Positions 49,837 through 59,933 are shown, counted from the first letter of the whole stretch. The stretch: 63,790 bases of DNA, filler included, from a bacterium (GCA_030615855.1; 6 parts of 6 records of this genome joined end to end with filler, not necessarily neighbours in it); one strand, 5' to 3'. The notes: generated by a model not told the origin, from the letters alone. Numbers and translations: made by a program.

Positions 49837-50800
49837 ATGGAATATCGTACACCCGAAGACGTAGTTGATGAGTTTAAGAAAAAGTTTATTGATTTTATGG
49901 GGAAGAAAAATCTCGGTGACTTTAAAAAGTTTGCGCCATTAATTGTGGTAGTATTATGGCTTTTATCAGGTATTTATATTATTGGACCGGATGCCCAAGG
50001 GGTGGTGAGAAGGTTTGGTAAGATGGTCAGGATAACCGGACCCGGACCACATTACCGCATCCCCTGGCCAATTGAGGCGGTAGATAAACCAAAAGTTAAA
50101 GAGATAAAGAGGTTAGAAGTTGGGTTTAAAACTGTATATCCCGGACCACCAGCAAGATATCAATTTATCCAGGCAGAGTCAATAATGTTAACCGGGGATG
50201 AGCAGATAGTGGATGCCCAGATTACAGTCCAGTATCAGATAAAAGATGCTGCAGATTATCTATTCAATGTCAGAGATTTGGAAGGGCCCGGGGGAGCACT
50301 CAAGGATGTGGCAGAAGTGGCTCTGAGACAGGTTGTTGGTCAGAGGCCAATCGATGATGTCCTCATAGAAGAAAAGCTTCAAATTGAGATTGATACCACG
50401 AAGTTTTTGCAGCAAATAATGGATGGCTATAATAGTGGGCTGCGAATAATTGAGGTGAAATTGCAGACTGTCCGTCCGCCCGAAGCGGTAGTAGCTGCAT
50501 TTAACGATGTAGTTAGTGCCAAGGAGGATAGAGAGAGGCTTATCAAGCAGGCTGAAGGATATCGTGAGGATATAATCCCCAAGGCCAGAGGTGAGGCAGA
50601 GAGTAGGATTAGGGCGGCAGAAGCCTATAAGGAAGAGAGAGTAAAACATGCTCAGGGCTCTGCCAAGAAGTTCCTGACGGTCTTAAAAGAATATAATAAG
50701 GCAAAAGTTGTAACCAGAAAAAGGTTATATTTGGAAACTATGGAGCAGGTTTTACCTCAGGTTCAAAAGTTTATTATTGATAGAGATATTGGCAGTGGCG
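49837..50800 (+). CDS. hflK: FtsH modulator HflK (3' truncated)
   Basis: GVVRRFGK, PWPIE, MLTGDE, RKRLYLETMEQVL. Confidence 0.92.
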
Positions 50801-50900
50801 NNNNNNNNNNNNNNNNNNNNNNNNNNNNNNNNNNNNNNNNNNNNTTAATTAATTAANNNNNNNNNNNNNNNNNNNNNNNNNNNNNNNNNNNNNNNNNNNN

Positions 50901-51387
50901 CACCGCCACCTTGGAAGGAACCAGGCCCCTCTTGGTTGAGATCCAGGCCCTGGTGAGCCCCTCCAGCTTCGCCTTACCCCAGAGAAGGACTACTGGCCTG
51001 GACTATAACCGGGCCTCTCTTCTCTTAGCTGTTTTGGAAAAGAGGGCGGGACTGAGATTGGGGAATAAGGATGTCTTTCTAAATGTTGCTGGGGGATTGA
51101 GGGTCTATGAACCAGCGGTGGATCTCTCTATGGTATTGGCTGTGGCCTCCAGTCTTAAGAATAAAGCCATCGACTCTGACCTGATTGCTTTGGGCGAGGT
51201 GGGTTTAAGCGGAGAGGTGCGCAGTATCAACCGGGTACCTTTAAGGATAAGGGAGGCAGAGAAGCTGGGCTTTAAGAGATGCCTCATTCCTAAAGGAAAC
51301 CTAAAGGATTTAGGAAAGAGAGAAAAAATAAAAATAATTGATGTAGGAAAAATTCAAGAAGCCCTGAAAATAGCAAGGATTAGTTGA
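50901..51387 (+). CDS. radA: DNA repair protein RadA/Sms, C-terminal fragment
   Basis: EGTRPLLVEIQALV, DVFLNVAGG, GEVGLSGEVR. Confidence 0.95.
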
Positions 51388-51414
51388 AAAGTCACTTAGT
51401 TCATAAGAAAATAA

Positions 51415-51516
51415 GGGTGAGTTGTGGGTTATGGGTCGAGTAATTGGGATGAGGGTGAGGAAACCCACCCCCAACCTCACAACCCGACCCACTACTCACT
51501 ACCCGTCCTCACCCCT
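51415..51516. repeat. GGGTGAG / CTCACCC inverted-arm element, twin of 53466-53568
   Basis: shared CCTCACAACCCGACCCACTACTCACTACCC block. Confidence 0.8.
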
Positions 51517-51623
51517 AATATAAGCAACTGTAATCAATTGCTGTAATACTACATTTATCTGTGATCTATGTAAATCCGTAATAAATCTGTGTGAATCCGT
51601 GTTTGAGAGGAGGTGAGAAAGAG

Positions 51624-52592
51624 ATGATCTGGATTATAAGAGTTCTTTTTTTATTTATCTGTGCTGGTTTAGGCTATCGCCTCCTAGATAAACTTGGCCT
51701 CTTAGCCTTTTCCCTGGGAGCAATAGCTATTCTCCTGTTGGAATTCGCCTCTAAGAGAGTTCGCCTGAAGACTTTCCTGGCAGTTAGCTTAGGACTCATT
51801 GTTGGATTAATCTGTGCTAACCTCTTGGCCTATTGTATTACCCTTGTTCCCTTTTCTTATCCCATACCACGCATTATCTTTATTGCCCTGAATCTCTCCT
51901 TAGGTTATCTGGGAATGGTCATCGCCTGGAGGAAGAGGGAGGAGATCGGTTTTGCACCCTTAATTCCCAGAAAGAAAGAAGCACCAAGACTGGGAGCAAA
52001 AACCAAGGTCCTGGATACCAGTGTTATCATCGATGGAAGGATCGCCGACATCTGTCAGACGAAGTTTGTGGAGGGAACCCTGATCATCCCCAGGTTCGTC
52101 TTAAGGGAACTGCAGTCCATCGCTGATTCTCCTGATTCTCTGAAGAGGAATCGGGGAAGAAGGGGACTTGATATCCTGAACCGGCTCCAAAAGCAGAAGG
52201 ATTTGGATATCAAGATAAGCGAGCAGGACTTCCCGGCAATTAGAGAGGTGGACGGAAAGCTCATCCAACTGACCAAGGTCCTGGACGGCCTCCTGGTAAC
52301 CAATGACTTCAATCTCAATAAGGTGGCCGAGCTACAAGGAGTGGAGGTCTTAAACGTCAATGAATTAGCCAATGCTCTGAGGCCGGTGGTTTTGCCTGGT
52401 GAGGTGATGAATGTGCGCATCATAAAGGGAGGAAAGGAGCCTGGCCAGGGGGTGGCCTATCTCGATGATGGGACCATGGTGGTTGTTGACGAGGGTGAGG
52501 ACTTCATGGGAAAGACCATGGATGTTGTAGTGACCAGTGTCCTGCAGACCACTGCGGGAAGGATGATCTTCACTCGCCTGAAAGAAGCCTGA
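51624..52592 (+). CDS. PIN/TRAM domain membrane protein (YacL-like)
   Basis: VLDTSVIIDGRI, RGRRGLDIL, YLDDGTMVVV; between radA and ispD. Confidence 0.93.
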   Translation: MIWIIRVLFLFICAGLGYRLLDKLGLLAFSLGAIAILLLEFASKRVRLKTFLAVSLGLIVGLICANLLAYCITLVPFSYPIPRIIFIALNLSLGYLGMVIAWRKREEIGFAPLIPRKKEAPRLGAKTKVLDTSVIIDGRIADICQTKFVEGTLIIPRFVLRELQSIADSPDSLKRNRGRRGLDILNRLQKQKDLDIKISEQDFPAIREVDGKLIQLTKVLDGLLVTNDFNLNKVAELQGVEVLNVNELANALRPVVLPGEVMNVRIIKGGKEPGQGVAYLDDGTMVVVDEGEDFMGKTMDVVVTSVLQTTAGRMIFTRLKEA

Positions 52593-52729
52593 GCTAAAAA
52601 AAGTTTACGGTTAACGGTTTACGGTTTACCGTAAACGGTAAACAGCGACGAACAGAGTGAGGAGCGGGCAAATTGAATAATAGTTATTCATCAGCGGGGC
52701 AAGTAAAACGCACCGCTCAACGGTAAACG

Positions 52730-53470
52730 ATGAAGCAACAATTAAAAGTGGTGGCTATTGTTCCTAGTGCGGGAAAGGGTGAGAGAATGGGCAAGAAGAA
52801 GGAGTTCCTTCTCTTAGGCGATAAACCTATCTTGGCCCATACCTTAAAACCCTTAGAAAACCATCCTCAAATCTCTGAAGTCATTTTAGTAATTGACGAG
52901 AAGAGTGTAGAAAAATGCAAAAGGGTAATTGTCGAGAAGTATGGTTTTAAGAAGGTTAAAGAAGTAGTCGCGGGAGGAGAGGAGAGGCAGGATTCTGTTT
53001 ATAATGGCCTGAAGAGAGTAGCTAAAGACTGTGATATCGTTCTCATTCAGGATGGCGTTCGTCCTTTTCTGACAGAGGATTTAATCACCAGATCTATTGA
53101 AGAGGCAGAGAAACATAAAGCAGCAGTAGTTGCTGTTCCCTGTATCGACACCATAAAATTTGCCCGAAAAGAGAATGATATGGCCTTAGAGACCCTGGAC
53201 CGAGAATACCTCTGGATGGCCCAGACTCCCCAAACCTTCAGATATGAGATAATTCTAAGGGCCTATGAAAAGGCGGGAGAAGAGAAGTTTAGAGGAACGG
53301 ATGATGCTTCTCTGGTAGAGAGGATGGGGATAGCGGTCAAGATTGTAAGAGGCTCCTACGATAACATCAAAATCACCACTCCTCAGGACCTAATCTTAGC
53401 AGAAGCCATCTTAGCCAAAAGGGAAGAGCAGGGACTAGAAGGGATTAGAAGGGACGAGCGGGGAGGGTGA
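52730..53470 (+). CDS. ispD: MEP cytidylyltransferase
   Basis: SAGKGERMG, GGEERQDSV, AQTPQ, TDDASLVE, NIKITT. Confidence 0.95.
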   Translation: MKQQLKVVAIVPSAGKGERMGKKKEFLLLGDKPILAHTLKPLENHPQISEVILVIDEKSVEKCKRVIVEKYGFKKVKEVVAGGEERQDSVYNGLKRVAKDCDIVLIQDGVRPFLTEDLITRSIEEAEKHKAAVVAVPCIDTIKFARKENDMALETLDREYLWMAQTPQTFRYEIILRAYEKAGEEKFRGTDDASLVERMGIAVKIVRGSYDNIKITTPQDLILAEAILAKREEQGLEGIRRDERGG

Positions 53471-53632
53471 GTTATGAGTTATGTGTCGGGGAATAAGGGT
53501 GAGGATGAGTTTTTACCCCATCCCCATCCTCACAACCCGACCCACTACTCACTACCCATCCCTACCCGTAATTCAACATCCTTGCTAATCCATGCTATTC
53601 CCTACTAATCCGTGAAAAATAGTGGAGAAAAA

Positions 53633-54094
53633 ATGCGAGTTGGAATAGGATACGATGTCCATAAGTTAGTTGAGGGAAGAAAGCTCATCTTGGGTGGGGT
53701 AGAGATCCCTTTTGAAAAGGGTTTACTTGGCCATTCAGATGGGGATGTCTTATTACATGCTATATGCGATGCCCTATTAGGGGCAGCAGGCAAAGGAGAT
53801 ATTGGACGACACTTTCCAGATACCGATCCAGAGTATAAAGATATCTCAAGTCTCATCCTTCTTGAAAAGGTGAAGGGATTAATAAAGGAGTATAGGATAA
53901 ATAACATAGATAGCATCGTCATTGCTCAGGAGCCGAAGCTCGCTCCCTATCTGGAGAAGATGAAGGAAAATATTGCCCAAGTATTGAAGATAGGCAAAAG
54001 CAAGATCAACATCAAGCCAACCACTACTGAAAAGTTGGGTCCCCTGGGAAGGGGGGAAGGAATAGCGGCCTACGCCACGGTAAGTCTCGAATGA
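53633..54094 (+). CDS. ispF: MEcPP synthase
   Basis: [28 protein letters not shown]. Confidence 0.96.
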   Translation: MRVGIGYDVHKLVEGRKLILGGVEIPFEKGLLGHSDGDVLLHAICDALLGAAGKGDIGRHFPDTDPEYKDISSLILLEKVKGLIKEYRINNIDSIVIAQEPKLAPYLEKMKENIAQVLKIGKSKINIKPTTTEKLGPLGRGEGIAAYATVSLE

Positions 54095-54756
54095 AATATT
54101 ATTGTCATCTTTCTTTAATCACTGCAATCATTGTGCTTTTGTTTTTAAGTGGAAACAAGATATTGGCAGAAGAGAAGACAAAGATAGTAATAAATATCCC
54201 GACCACGACTTTGTATCTTTACCAAGGAGATGAACTGATCAAAGAGTATAGAATAACGGTTGGTCGCATAGATGCTTCCACACCCATTGGAAATTTCAAG
54301 GTAGTTAATAAAAAAGTTAATCCCACCTGGTATCCAACAGATGGAAGGAATCCCATTCCACCTGGACCGAACAACGAATTAGGAACGAGATGGATCGGGA
54401 TAGATAAACCCCATTTTGGGATGCATGGGACGATCAAGCCTCAGGAGATAGGGAAGGCCACTTCGGATGGCTGTGTGAGGCTTAAGAACAAAGATATTGA
54501 GGAGCTATACCCTTTAGTTCCTTTGAAGACATCGGTTGAAATCAGATATCAGACGATCGATGTGAAAAAAGAGAAGGGACTACTTAAAATCACCATCTAT
54601 TCTGATATCTATGCTTTGAGAACAAATACCATAAAGAGATTGGGGAAAGAGACGGGTTTGGAGATGGATGACTCTTTCTGGGAGGATACCATAAAAGAAG
54701 CAGAGGAGAGGGGGGTCTATTATTTCACCGTCTTTTCTGGTGGAGTGAGAGAGTGA
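54091..54756 (+). CDS. L,D-transpeptidase (YkuD domain)
   Basis: [17 protein letters not shown]...TSDGCVRL. Confidence 0.88.
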   Translation: MKYYCHLSLITAIIVLLFLSGNKILAEEKTKIVINIPTTTLYLYQGDELIKEYRITVGRIDASTPIGNFKVVNKKVNPTWYPTDGRNPIPPGPNNELGTRWIGIDKPHFGMHGTIKPQEIGKATSDGCVRLKNKDIEELYPLVPLKTSVEIRYQTIDVKKEKGLLKITIYSDIYALRTNTIKRLGKETGLEMDDSFWEDTIKEAEERGVYYFTVFSGGVRE

Positions 54757-56192
54757 AGGTAAGGGTTAGGTTTGCTCCATCTCCCACAGGATATCTTCAT
54801 GTTGGCGGAGCAAGAACGGCACTCTTTAACTGGCTCTTTGCCCGCCACACGGAGGGAACATTTATCCTGAGGATTGAGGATACGGACAGGAAGCGCTCTG
54901 CAAATAAATACGAGAAAGCCATAATTGAGGATTTAAGATACTTAGGGCTCAATTGGGATGAGGGAATAGAAGTTGGTGGAAAATATGGACCCTATCGCCA
55001 GAGTCAAAGGCTAAGTCTATATAAGAAATATGCCTATCGATTATCAAAAGAGAAAAAAGCCTACTATTGTTACTGCACAGAAAGAGAGTTAGAGGGAAGA
55101 AGAAAGGAAGCATTGAGGAAGGGTCAGACACCGAGATATGACGGGAGATGCCGCAATCTAACAAAAGGGCAAAAGAGGGAGCATGAAAGAGAAGGGAGAA
55201 AGCCGACCATAAGGTTTAAAGTCCCAAAGAAGAAAGTAGTGGTCTCCGACCTTGTGCGGGGAGAGGTAACATTCGAGGCAGATGCCCTGGGAGACTTCAT
55301 CATCCTTCGCTCGGATGGGGTGGCAGCCTTCAACTTTGCCAATATTATTGATGATATGAGCATGAAGATCACCCACGTGATCAGGGGTGAGGACCACTTA
55401 TCCAATACTCCAAGACAGATCCTTCTCTATCAAGCTTTGGGAATAGAACCTCCCAAGTTTGCCCATATCTCTATGATCCTTGGTCCAGATCGCTCAAGGC
55501 TTTCTAAACGCCATGGGGCAACCGCAATAAGAGAGTATAGAAGGAAAGGTTATCTGCCAGAGGCCTTAGTAAATTATCTTGCCCTCCTGGGCTGGTATCC
55601 TCCGGATGGAGAAGAGATTAAGTCTACTAAGGAGTTAATTAAAGAGTTTTCATTGGATGATGTATCTAAGTCTTCGGCAATCTTTGATAACCAAAAACTG
55701 AACTGGATGGATGGCCACTATATAAGGAGCGCCTCCTTAAAGAGGATTATGGATTTGGCCATCCCTTATCTGAGAGAGGCAGGTTATCTAAAGGGAAGGA
55801 TAACCCCGGCCAAAAAGAGGTGGCTCTTGAAAGTGATCGAGGCCACCCGGACCCATCTCGATTATCTGGATCAAGTACCAGAAGAGACAGAGGTCTTCTT
55901 TACCAAAGAGATTAAGATTTCTAAAAAAGGGAAAGAGACTCTCAAAAAAGAGTCGAGTAAAAAAGTCTTAGTTGCTTTGGAAAATAGATTAAAGAAAATA
56001 AAGGAGATTACAGATAGAAATTTCAAGACCTTAATGAAAGACTTAGAGAAAGAGATCGGTTTTAGAGGAAAGAACCTCTATCTACCTATAAGGGTTGCCC
56101 TTACTGGCCAAAATAAAGGCCCAGAACTACGTTTTATTTTACCCATCTTAGGCAAAAGAGAATGCCTTAGAAGGCTTTCTAAGGTCCAATGA
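54753..56192 (+). CDS. gltX: Glutamyl-tRNA synthetase
   Basis: RFAPSPTGYLHVG, HVIRGEDH, RLSKRHG. Confidence 0.97.
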   Translation: MKVRVRFAPSPTGYLHVGGARTALFNWLFARHTEGTFILRIEDTDRKRSANKYEKAIIEDLRYLGLNWDEGIEVGGKYGPYRQSQRLSLYKKYAYRLSKEKKAYYCYCTERELEGRRKEALRKGQTPRYDGRCRNLTKGQKREHEREGRKPTIRFKVPKKKVVVSDLVRGEVTFEADALGDFIILRSDGVAAFNFANIIDDMSMKITHVIRGEDHLSNTPRQILLYQALGIEPPKFAHISMILGPDRSRLSKRHGATAIREYRRKGYLPEALVNYLALLGWYPPDGEEIKSTKELIKEFSLDDVSKSSAIFDNQKLNWMDGHYIRSASLKRIMDLAIPYLREAGYLKGRITPAKKRWLLKVIEATRTHLDYLDQVPEETEVFFTKEIKISKKGKETLKKESSKKVLVALENRLKKIKEITDRNFKTLMKDLEKEIGFRGKNLYLPIRVALTGQNKGPELRFILPILGKRECLRRLSKVQ

Positions 56193-57226
56193 ACGAATTG
56201 AGAAAAGACCCCATTTTGGGGAACTGGGTAATCATCTCTCCAGAACGGGACAAGAGACCCCGTGCCTTTGCCCGACCCCAGGAAAAAGTTAAGAGGAAAG
56301 AGACGGTCTGCCCCCTCTGCTCGGGCAATGAATTTCTAACTCCACCAGAGATCTATGCATTAAGACCCAAGAGGTCAAAGCCTGATACAAAGGGCTGGGG
56401 GGTGCGGGTGGTTCCCAATAGATTCCCAGCTTTGGGTAGAAAGAAAGAATTAGTGAGCAAGAGGCTGGGGATGTTTGATGTGATGAGTGGCTTCGGGGCC
56501 CATGAAGTAATCATTGAGACCCCGGATCATAACAAGAACCTAAAGGATCAGAGTGTAGAAGAATTGAGCAAAGTCTTAAAAACCTTCCAATACAGGATAG
56601 AGGAGCTCTATAAGGATAAGCGCCTGCGCTATTGCTTGGTATTTAAAAACGAAGGCTGGGAGGCCGGGGCCTCTCTGGAGCATCCCCATTCCCAACTCAT
56701 CGCTACCCCAGTCATCCCCAAAAGAATAAAGGAAGAACTGGTCGGCTCAAGGAATTATTTCAAAGGGAGGAGAAGATGCATCTACTGTGATATCCTGAGC
56801 CAGGAGAGGAAGGATGGCGAGAGAATAGTCTATGAGAACAAAGAGTATATTGCTTTCTGCCCCTTTGCCTCACGCTTCCCCTTTGAGATATGGCTCCTCC
56901 CCAAGAAGCATAACGCTGATTTCTGTTCTCAGACCACCAAAAAGAATATTCCTCTCTTGGCTGATGCCCTTAAAACCACCATGCAGAAGTTAGCTTCCAC
57001 TTTGAATGACCCCCAGTACAACTATGTCATCCACACTGCCCCCAACCCGATCTCCAGACATGGTTATGGGAAGAACATTGATAGAGACTTTCATTGGCAT
57101 ATCGAGATTATACCTCGCCTTACCCGGTTAGCAGGGTTTGAATGGGGGGCGGACTTCTACATCAATCCCATGGCACCAGAAGAAGCCGCCCGGTCTCTTC
57201 GAAACGCGAATAATCGCGAATTATAA
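56189..57226 (+). CDS. galT: Galactose-1-phosphate uridylyltransferase family
   Basis: ELRKDP, CPLC.GNE, GASLEHPHSQ, FHWHIEI. Confidence 0.92.
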   Translation: MNELRKDPILGNWVIISPERDKRPRAFARPQEKVKRKETVCPLCSGNEFLTPPEIYALRPKRSKPDTKGWGVRVVPNRFPALGRKKELVSKRLGMFDVMSGFGAHEVIIETPDHNKNLKDQSVEELSKVLKTFQYRIEELYKDKRLRYCLVFKNEGWEAGASLEHPHSQLIATPVIPKRIKEELVGSRNYFKGRRRCIYCDILSQERKDGERIVYENKEYIAFCPFASRFPFEIWLLPKKHNADFCSQTTKKNIPLLADALKTTMQKLASTLNDPQYNYVIHTAPNPISRHGYGKNIDRDFHWHIEIIPRLTRLAGFEWGADFYINPMAPEEAARSLRNANNREL

Positions 57227-57289
57227 AGATACGAATTGTCGCGAATAGAAAACTATAAATAGATACAAATCAAGAAAAGGGAAGAAGAA

Positions 57290-58765
57290 ATGACCCTTAA
57301 GGTTTATAATACCCTTACGGGAAAGAAAGAGAAATTTACACCTTTGAAGAAGGATAGGGTGAGGATGTATGTCTGTGGGGTGACGGTCTATGATGACTGC
57401 CATCTGGGACATGCTAGATGCTATGTGGCCTTCGATGTCGTCTATCGTTATCTAAGGTATAAAGGCTACAAGGTAAAATATGTTCAGAATATTACGGATG
57501 TGGATGATAAGATAATTGCCAAGGCAAAGGAGCTCCGAACTGCAAAAAATTTAAAAGCTCTAGTGAGAGAAGTGGCGGAGAGATATACCAAAGAGTATTT
57601 TAAATGGATGGATTATCTAAAGGTGAAGAGGGCTGATCTCTACCCCAAGGCAACAGAGCATATCGAGGAGATGATAAAGTTAATCCAAAAATTATTGGAT
57701 AAAGAATACGCCTATGAAATAGATGGGGATGTCTACTTTAATATCTCTAAATTCACCTCTTATGGTAGGCTCTCCGGTCGCTCTATTGATGAGATGCGGG
57801 CTGGGGCAAGGGTGGAGGTGGACGAGAGGAAGAAGAACCCCTTGGACTTCGCTTTATGGAAGAGGACAAAAGAGGGAGAGCCGAGCTGGGATAGCCCTTG
57901 GGGAAAGGGTCGTCCGGGTTGGCATATAGAATGCTCTGCTATGAGCATGAAGTATTTGGGGAAAAGTTTTGATATCCACGGGGGAGGTCAGGATCTCATC
58001 TTTCCTCACCATGAGAATGAGATTGCCCAGAGTGAGGCCTTTAGCGGGAAGCCCTTTGTCAAGTACTGGCTCCATAACGGCTTTGTCACCACAGAGGGTG
58101 AGAAGATGTCCAAATCCTTGGGGAATATCTTTACCCTGAAAGAACTCTTTCAGGAGTTTCCCGATCCAGAGATCGCCCGACTCTTTCTATTATCCATGCA
58201 CTATCGTAGTCCCGTTGACTTTACTAAGGAGAAATTAGTGGAAATAGAGAAGCGCCTTTCCCATTTCTATAATCTTTTGGATTTTATCCTTCAAGCAGTG
58301 AAGGGGAGAATCTCTAGTAAGAGGATCAATCCCCAGTCTCTGAGTAAGGAAGAGAAGAGGCTCTACCAAGAGATTCAAGAGACAAATAAAGAATTTGATA
58401 GAGCAATGGATGACGATTTCAATACGGCAAGGGCTTTCTCTTCCCTGGATAGCCTGGTAAAGGTGGCCAATACCCTAAAGGATAATCCAAAGGTAAGTGG
58501 AAATAAAGCATTATTGAGCAAAGTTTATAAGTTATTAAAAGAGAAGGGCGTGATTTTGGGCTTCTTTAAAAAGCATAATTGGAAGGCGATGACTCGCATT
58601 CCAGATAGAAAGGAAATAGAGAGGTTAATTGCCCAAAGGGATAGGGCGCGCGAGGAGAGAAATTGGGATCTAGCAGACAGGATAAGGAGCGATTTAAGAA
58701 AGAGAGGGATTATCCTGGAGGACCATCCAGAGGGAACTACCTGGAAAAGAAAACGAAAAACTTGA
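57290..58765 (+). CDS. cysS: Cysteinyl-tRNA synthetase
   Basis: YVCGVTVYD.CHLGHAR, GRPGWHIEC, KMSKS. Confidence 0.98.
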   Translation: MTLKVYNTLTGKKEKFTPLKKDRVRMYVCGVTVYDDCHLGHARCYVAFDVVYRYLRYKGYKVKYVQNITDVDDKIIAKAKELRTAKNLKALVREVAERYTKEYFKWMDYLKVKRADLYPKATEHIEEMIKLIQKLLDKEYAYEIDGDVYFNISKFTSYGRLSGRSIDEMRAGARVEVDERKKNPLDFALWKRTKEGEPSWDSPWGKGRPGWHIECSAMSMKYLGKSFDIHGGGQDLIFPHHENEIAQSEAFSGKPFVKYWLHNGFVTTEGEKMSKSLGNIFTLKELFQEFPDPEIARLFLLSMHYRSPVDFTKEKLVEIEKRLSHFYNLLDFILQAVKGRISSKRINPQSLSKEEKRLYQEIQETNKEFDRAMDDDFNTARAFSSLDSLVKVANTLKDNPKVSGNKALLSKVYKLLKEKGVILGFFKKHNWKAMTRIPDRKEIERLIAQRDRAREERNWDLADRIRSDLRKRGIILEDHPEGTTWKRKRKT

Positions 58766-58790
58766 CAAAAACTAATTTATCAGGTAAAAT
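58762..58790 (+). promoter_or_regulatory. Promoter of tRNA cluster
   Basis: TTGACA-17-TAAAAT. Confidence 0.75.
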
Positions 58791-58813
58791 ATAAATTTGT
58801 CTCTAATCAAGGT

Positions 58814-58951
58814 GCCCACATAGCTCAGTTGGTATCCCTGCGTCCCGACTTTGTCGGGACCGGTCCCTATGTCCAAAGGACCGGGATCCCGGCTTTGCTC
58901 AGGGAGACCTCGGTTCCAGCTTTGCTGGAACACAGGGGGAGCATCCCACTT
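58814..58951 (+). pseudogene. Orphan 5' half of a Thr-like tRNA with a 104-nt hairpin insert at the D-loop
   Basis: GCCCACATAGCTCAGTTGGTA [58835-58938] GAGCATCCCACTT. Confidence 0.7.
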
Positions 58952-58957
58952 TTTTGT

Positions 58958-59030
58958 GCCCACGTAGCTCAGTTGGTAGAGCAGGGCTCTTGTAAAGCTC
59001 AGGTCGGGGGTTCGAGACCCTCCGTGGGCT
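58958..59030 (+). tRNA. tRNA-Thr(TGT), CCA not encoded
   Basis: acceptor GCCCACG/CGTGGGC, anticodon arm GGGCT-CTTGTAA-AGCTC, GGTTCGA. Confidence 0.93.
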
Positions 59031-59055
59031 TTGAGTAAAATTCATTCAAAATTTT

Positions 59056-59140
59056 GGGCGGATACCCAAGTGGTTAACGGGGGCAGACTGTAAATCTGCT
59101 GGCGATGCCTTCGGAGGTTCGAATCCTTCTCCGCCCACCA
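59056..59140 (+). tRNA. tRNA-Tyr(GTA)
   Basis: GCAGA-CTGTAAA-TCTGC, long variable arm, GGTTCGAATCC, ACCA. Confidence 0.95.
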
Positions 59141-59197
59141 TCCTTCGCCAATATGTGGTGACCCTATGAAGCAGGCTACGGATGGCAGGCCAATTTT

Positions 59198-59231
59198 GCG
59201 GGTGTAGCTCAGTGGTAGAGTCCCGGCCTTC
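59198..59231 (+). pseudogene. Orphan 5' half of a Gly-like tRNA broken in the anticodon loop
   Basis: GCGGGTGTAGCTCAGTGGTAGAGTCCCGGCCTTC followed by hairpins. Confidence 0.7.
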
Positions 59232-59322
59232 TCCCGAAAATCTCCGAGTCCGACCACCTCTAGTGGACGGGCGAGAATAGATTTTCGGGGATCCCGCTAA
59301 GGCGCGGGGGCGTAATCTGTTG

Positions 59323-59396
59323 GCGGGCGTGGTTCAGTGGTAGAACATCAGCCTTCCAAGCTGAGGACGTGAGTTCGATTCTCATCGCCCGCTCCA
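59323..59396 (+). tRNA. tRNA-Gly(TCC)
   Basis: GCGGGCG/CGCCCGC, TCAGC-CTTCCAA-GCTGA, AGTTCGATT, TCCA. Confidence 0.95.
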
Positions 59397-59457
59397 AACT
59401 GGGTCAATCGGGATCCTCGCAACTGTAATCCCAACAGAGTTGGGAACATTTGCGGGG

Positions 59458-59486
59458 TTGACAAATAGGTTTTTATCTGTTATATT
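59458..59486 (+). promoter_or_regulatory. Promoter of tRNA-Thr/tuf
   Basis: TTGACA-17-TATATT with TG extension. Confidence 0.7.
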
Positions 59487-59505
59487 ATTTTTTTACCTAT
59501 GCCAT

Positions 59506-59581
59506 GCCCATGTAGCTCAGTTGGTAGAGCACATCCTTGGTAAGGATGAGGTCAGCGGTTCGATCCCGCTCGTGGGCTCCA
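59506..59581 (+). tRNA. tRNA-Thr(GGT)
   Basis: anticodon loop TTGGTAA in CATCC/GGATG stem, GGTTCGATCC, CCA. Confidence 0.95.
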
Positions 59582-59610
59582 GAAGGAAATTTTAAAGGAG
59601 GTAAAGAAGA

Positions 59611-59751
59611 ATGGCAAAGGCAAAGTTTGAGAGGAAGAAGCCCCATCTGAATGTGGGGACCATCGGACACGTGGACCATGGGAAGACCACCTTAGTGGCC
59701 GCCATGACCAGGATCTTAGCCAAGCATGGCTTAGCTAAGGAGATGAAGTTT
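59611..59751 (+). CDS. tuf: Elongation factor Tu, N-terminal fragment
   Basis: [27 protein letters not shown]. Confidence 0.97.
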
Positions 59752-59933
59752 NNNNNNNNNNNNNNNNNNNNNNNNNNNNNNNNNNNNNNNNNNNNTTAAT
59801 TAATTAANNNNNNNNNNNNNNNNNNNNNNNNNNNNNNNNNNNNNNNNNNNNGCATTGCCACAGATAATAGTAGTGGTGCGCTAAAGCTTGCCCCACTGAT
59901 GAATAACTGTTAATCAATATCAAAGGAAATAGA

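Noticed and set aside
58829-59257. ORFs 58829-59038 and 59042-59257
   Set aside because: They overlap tRNA genes and GC-rich hairpins; spurious.
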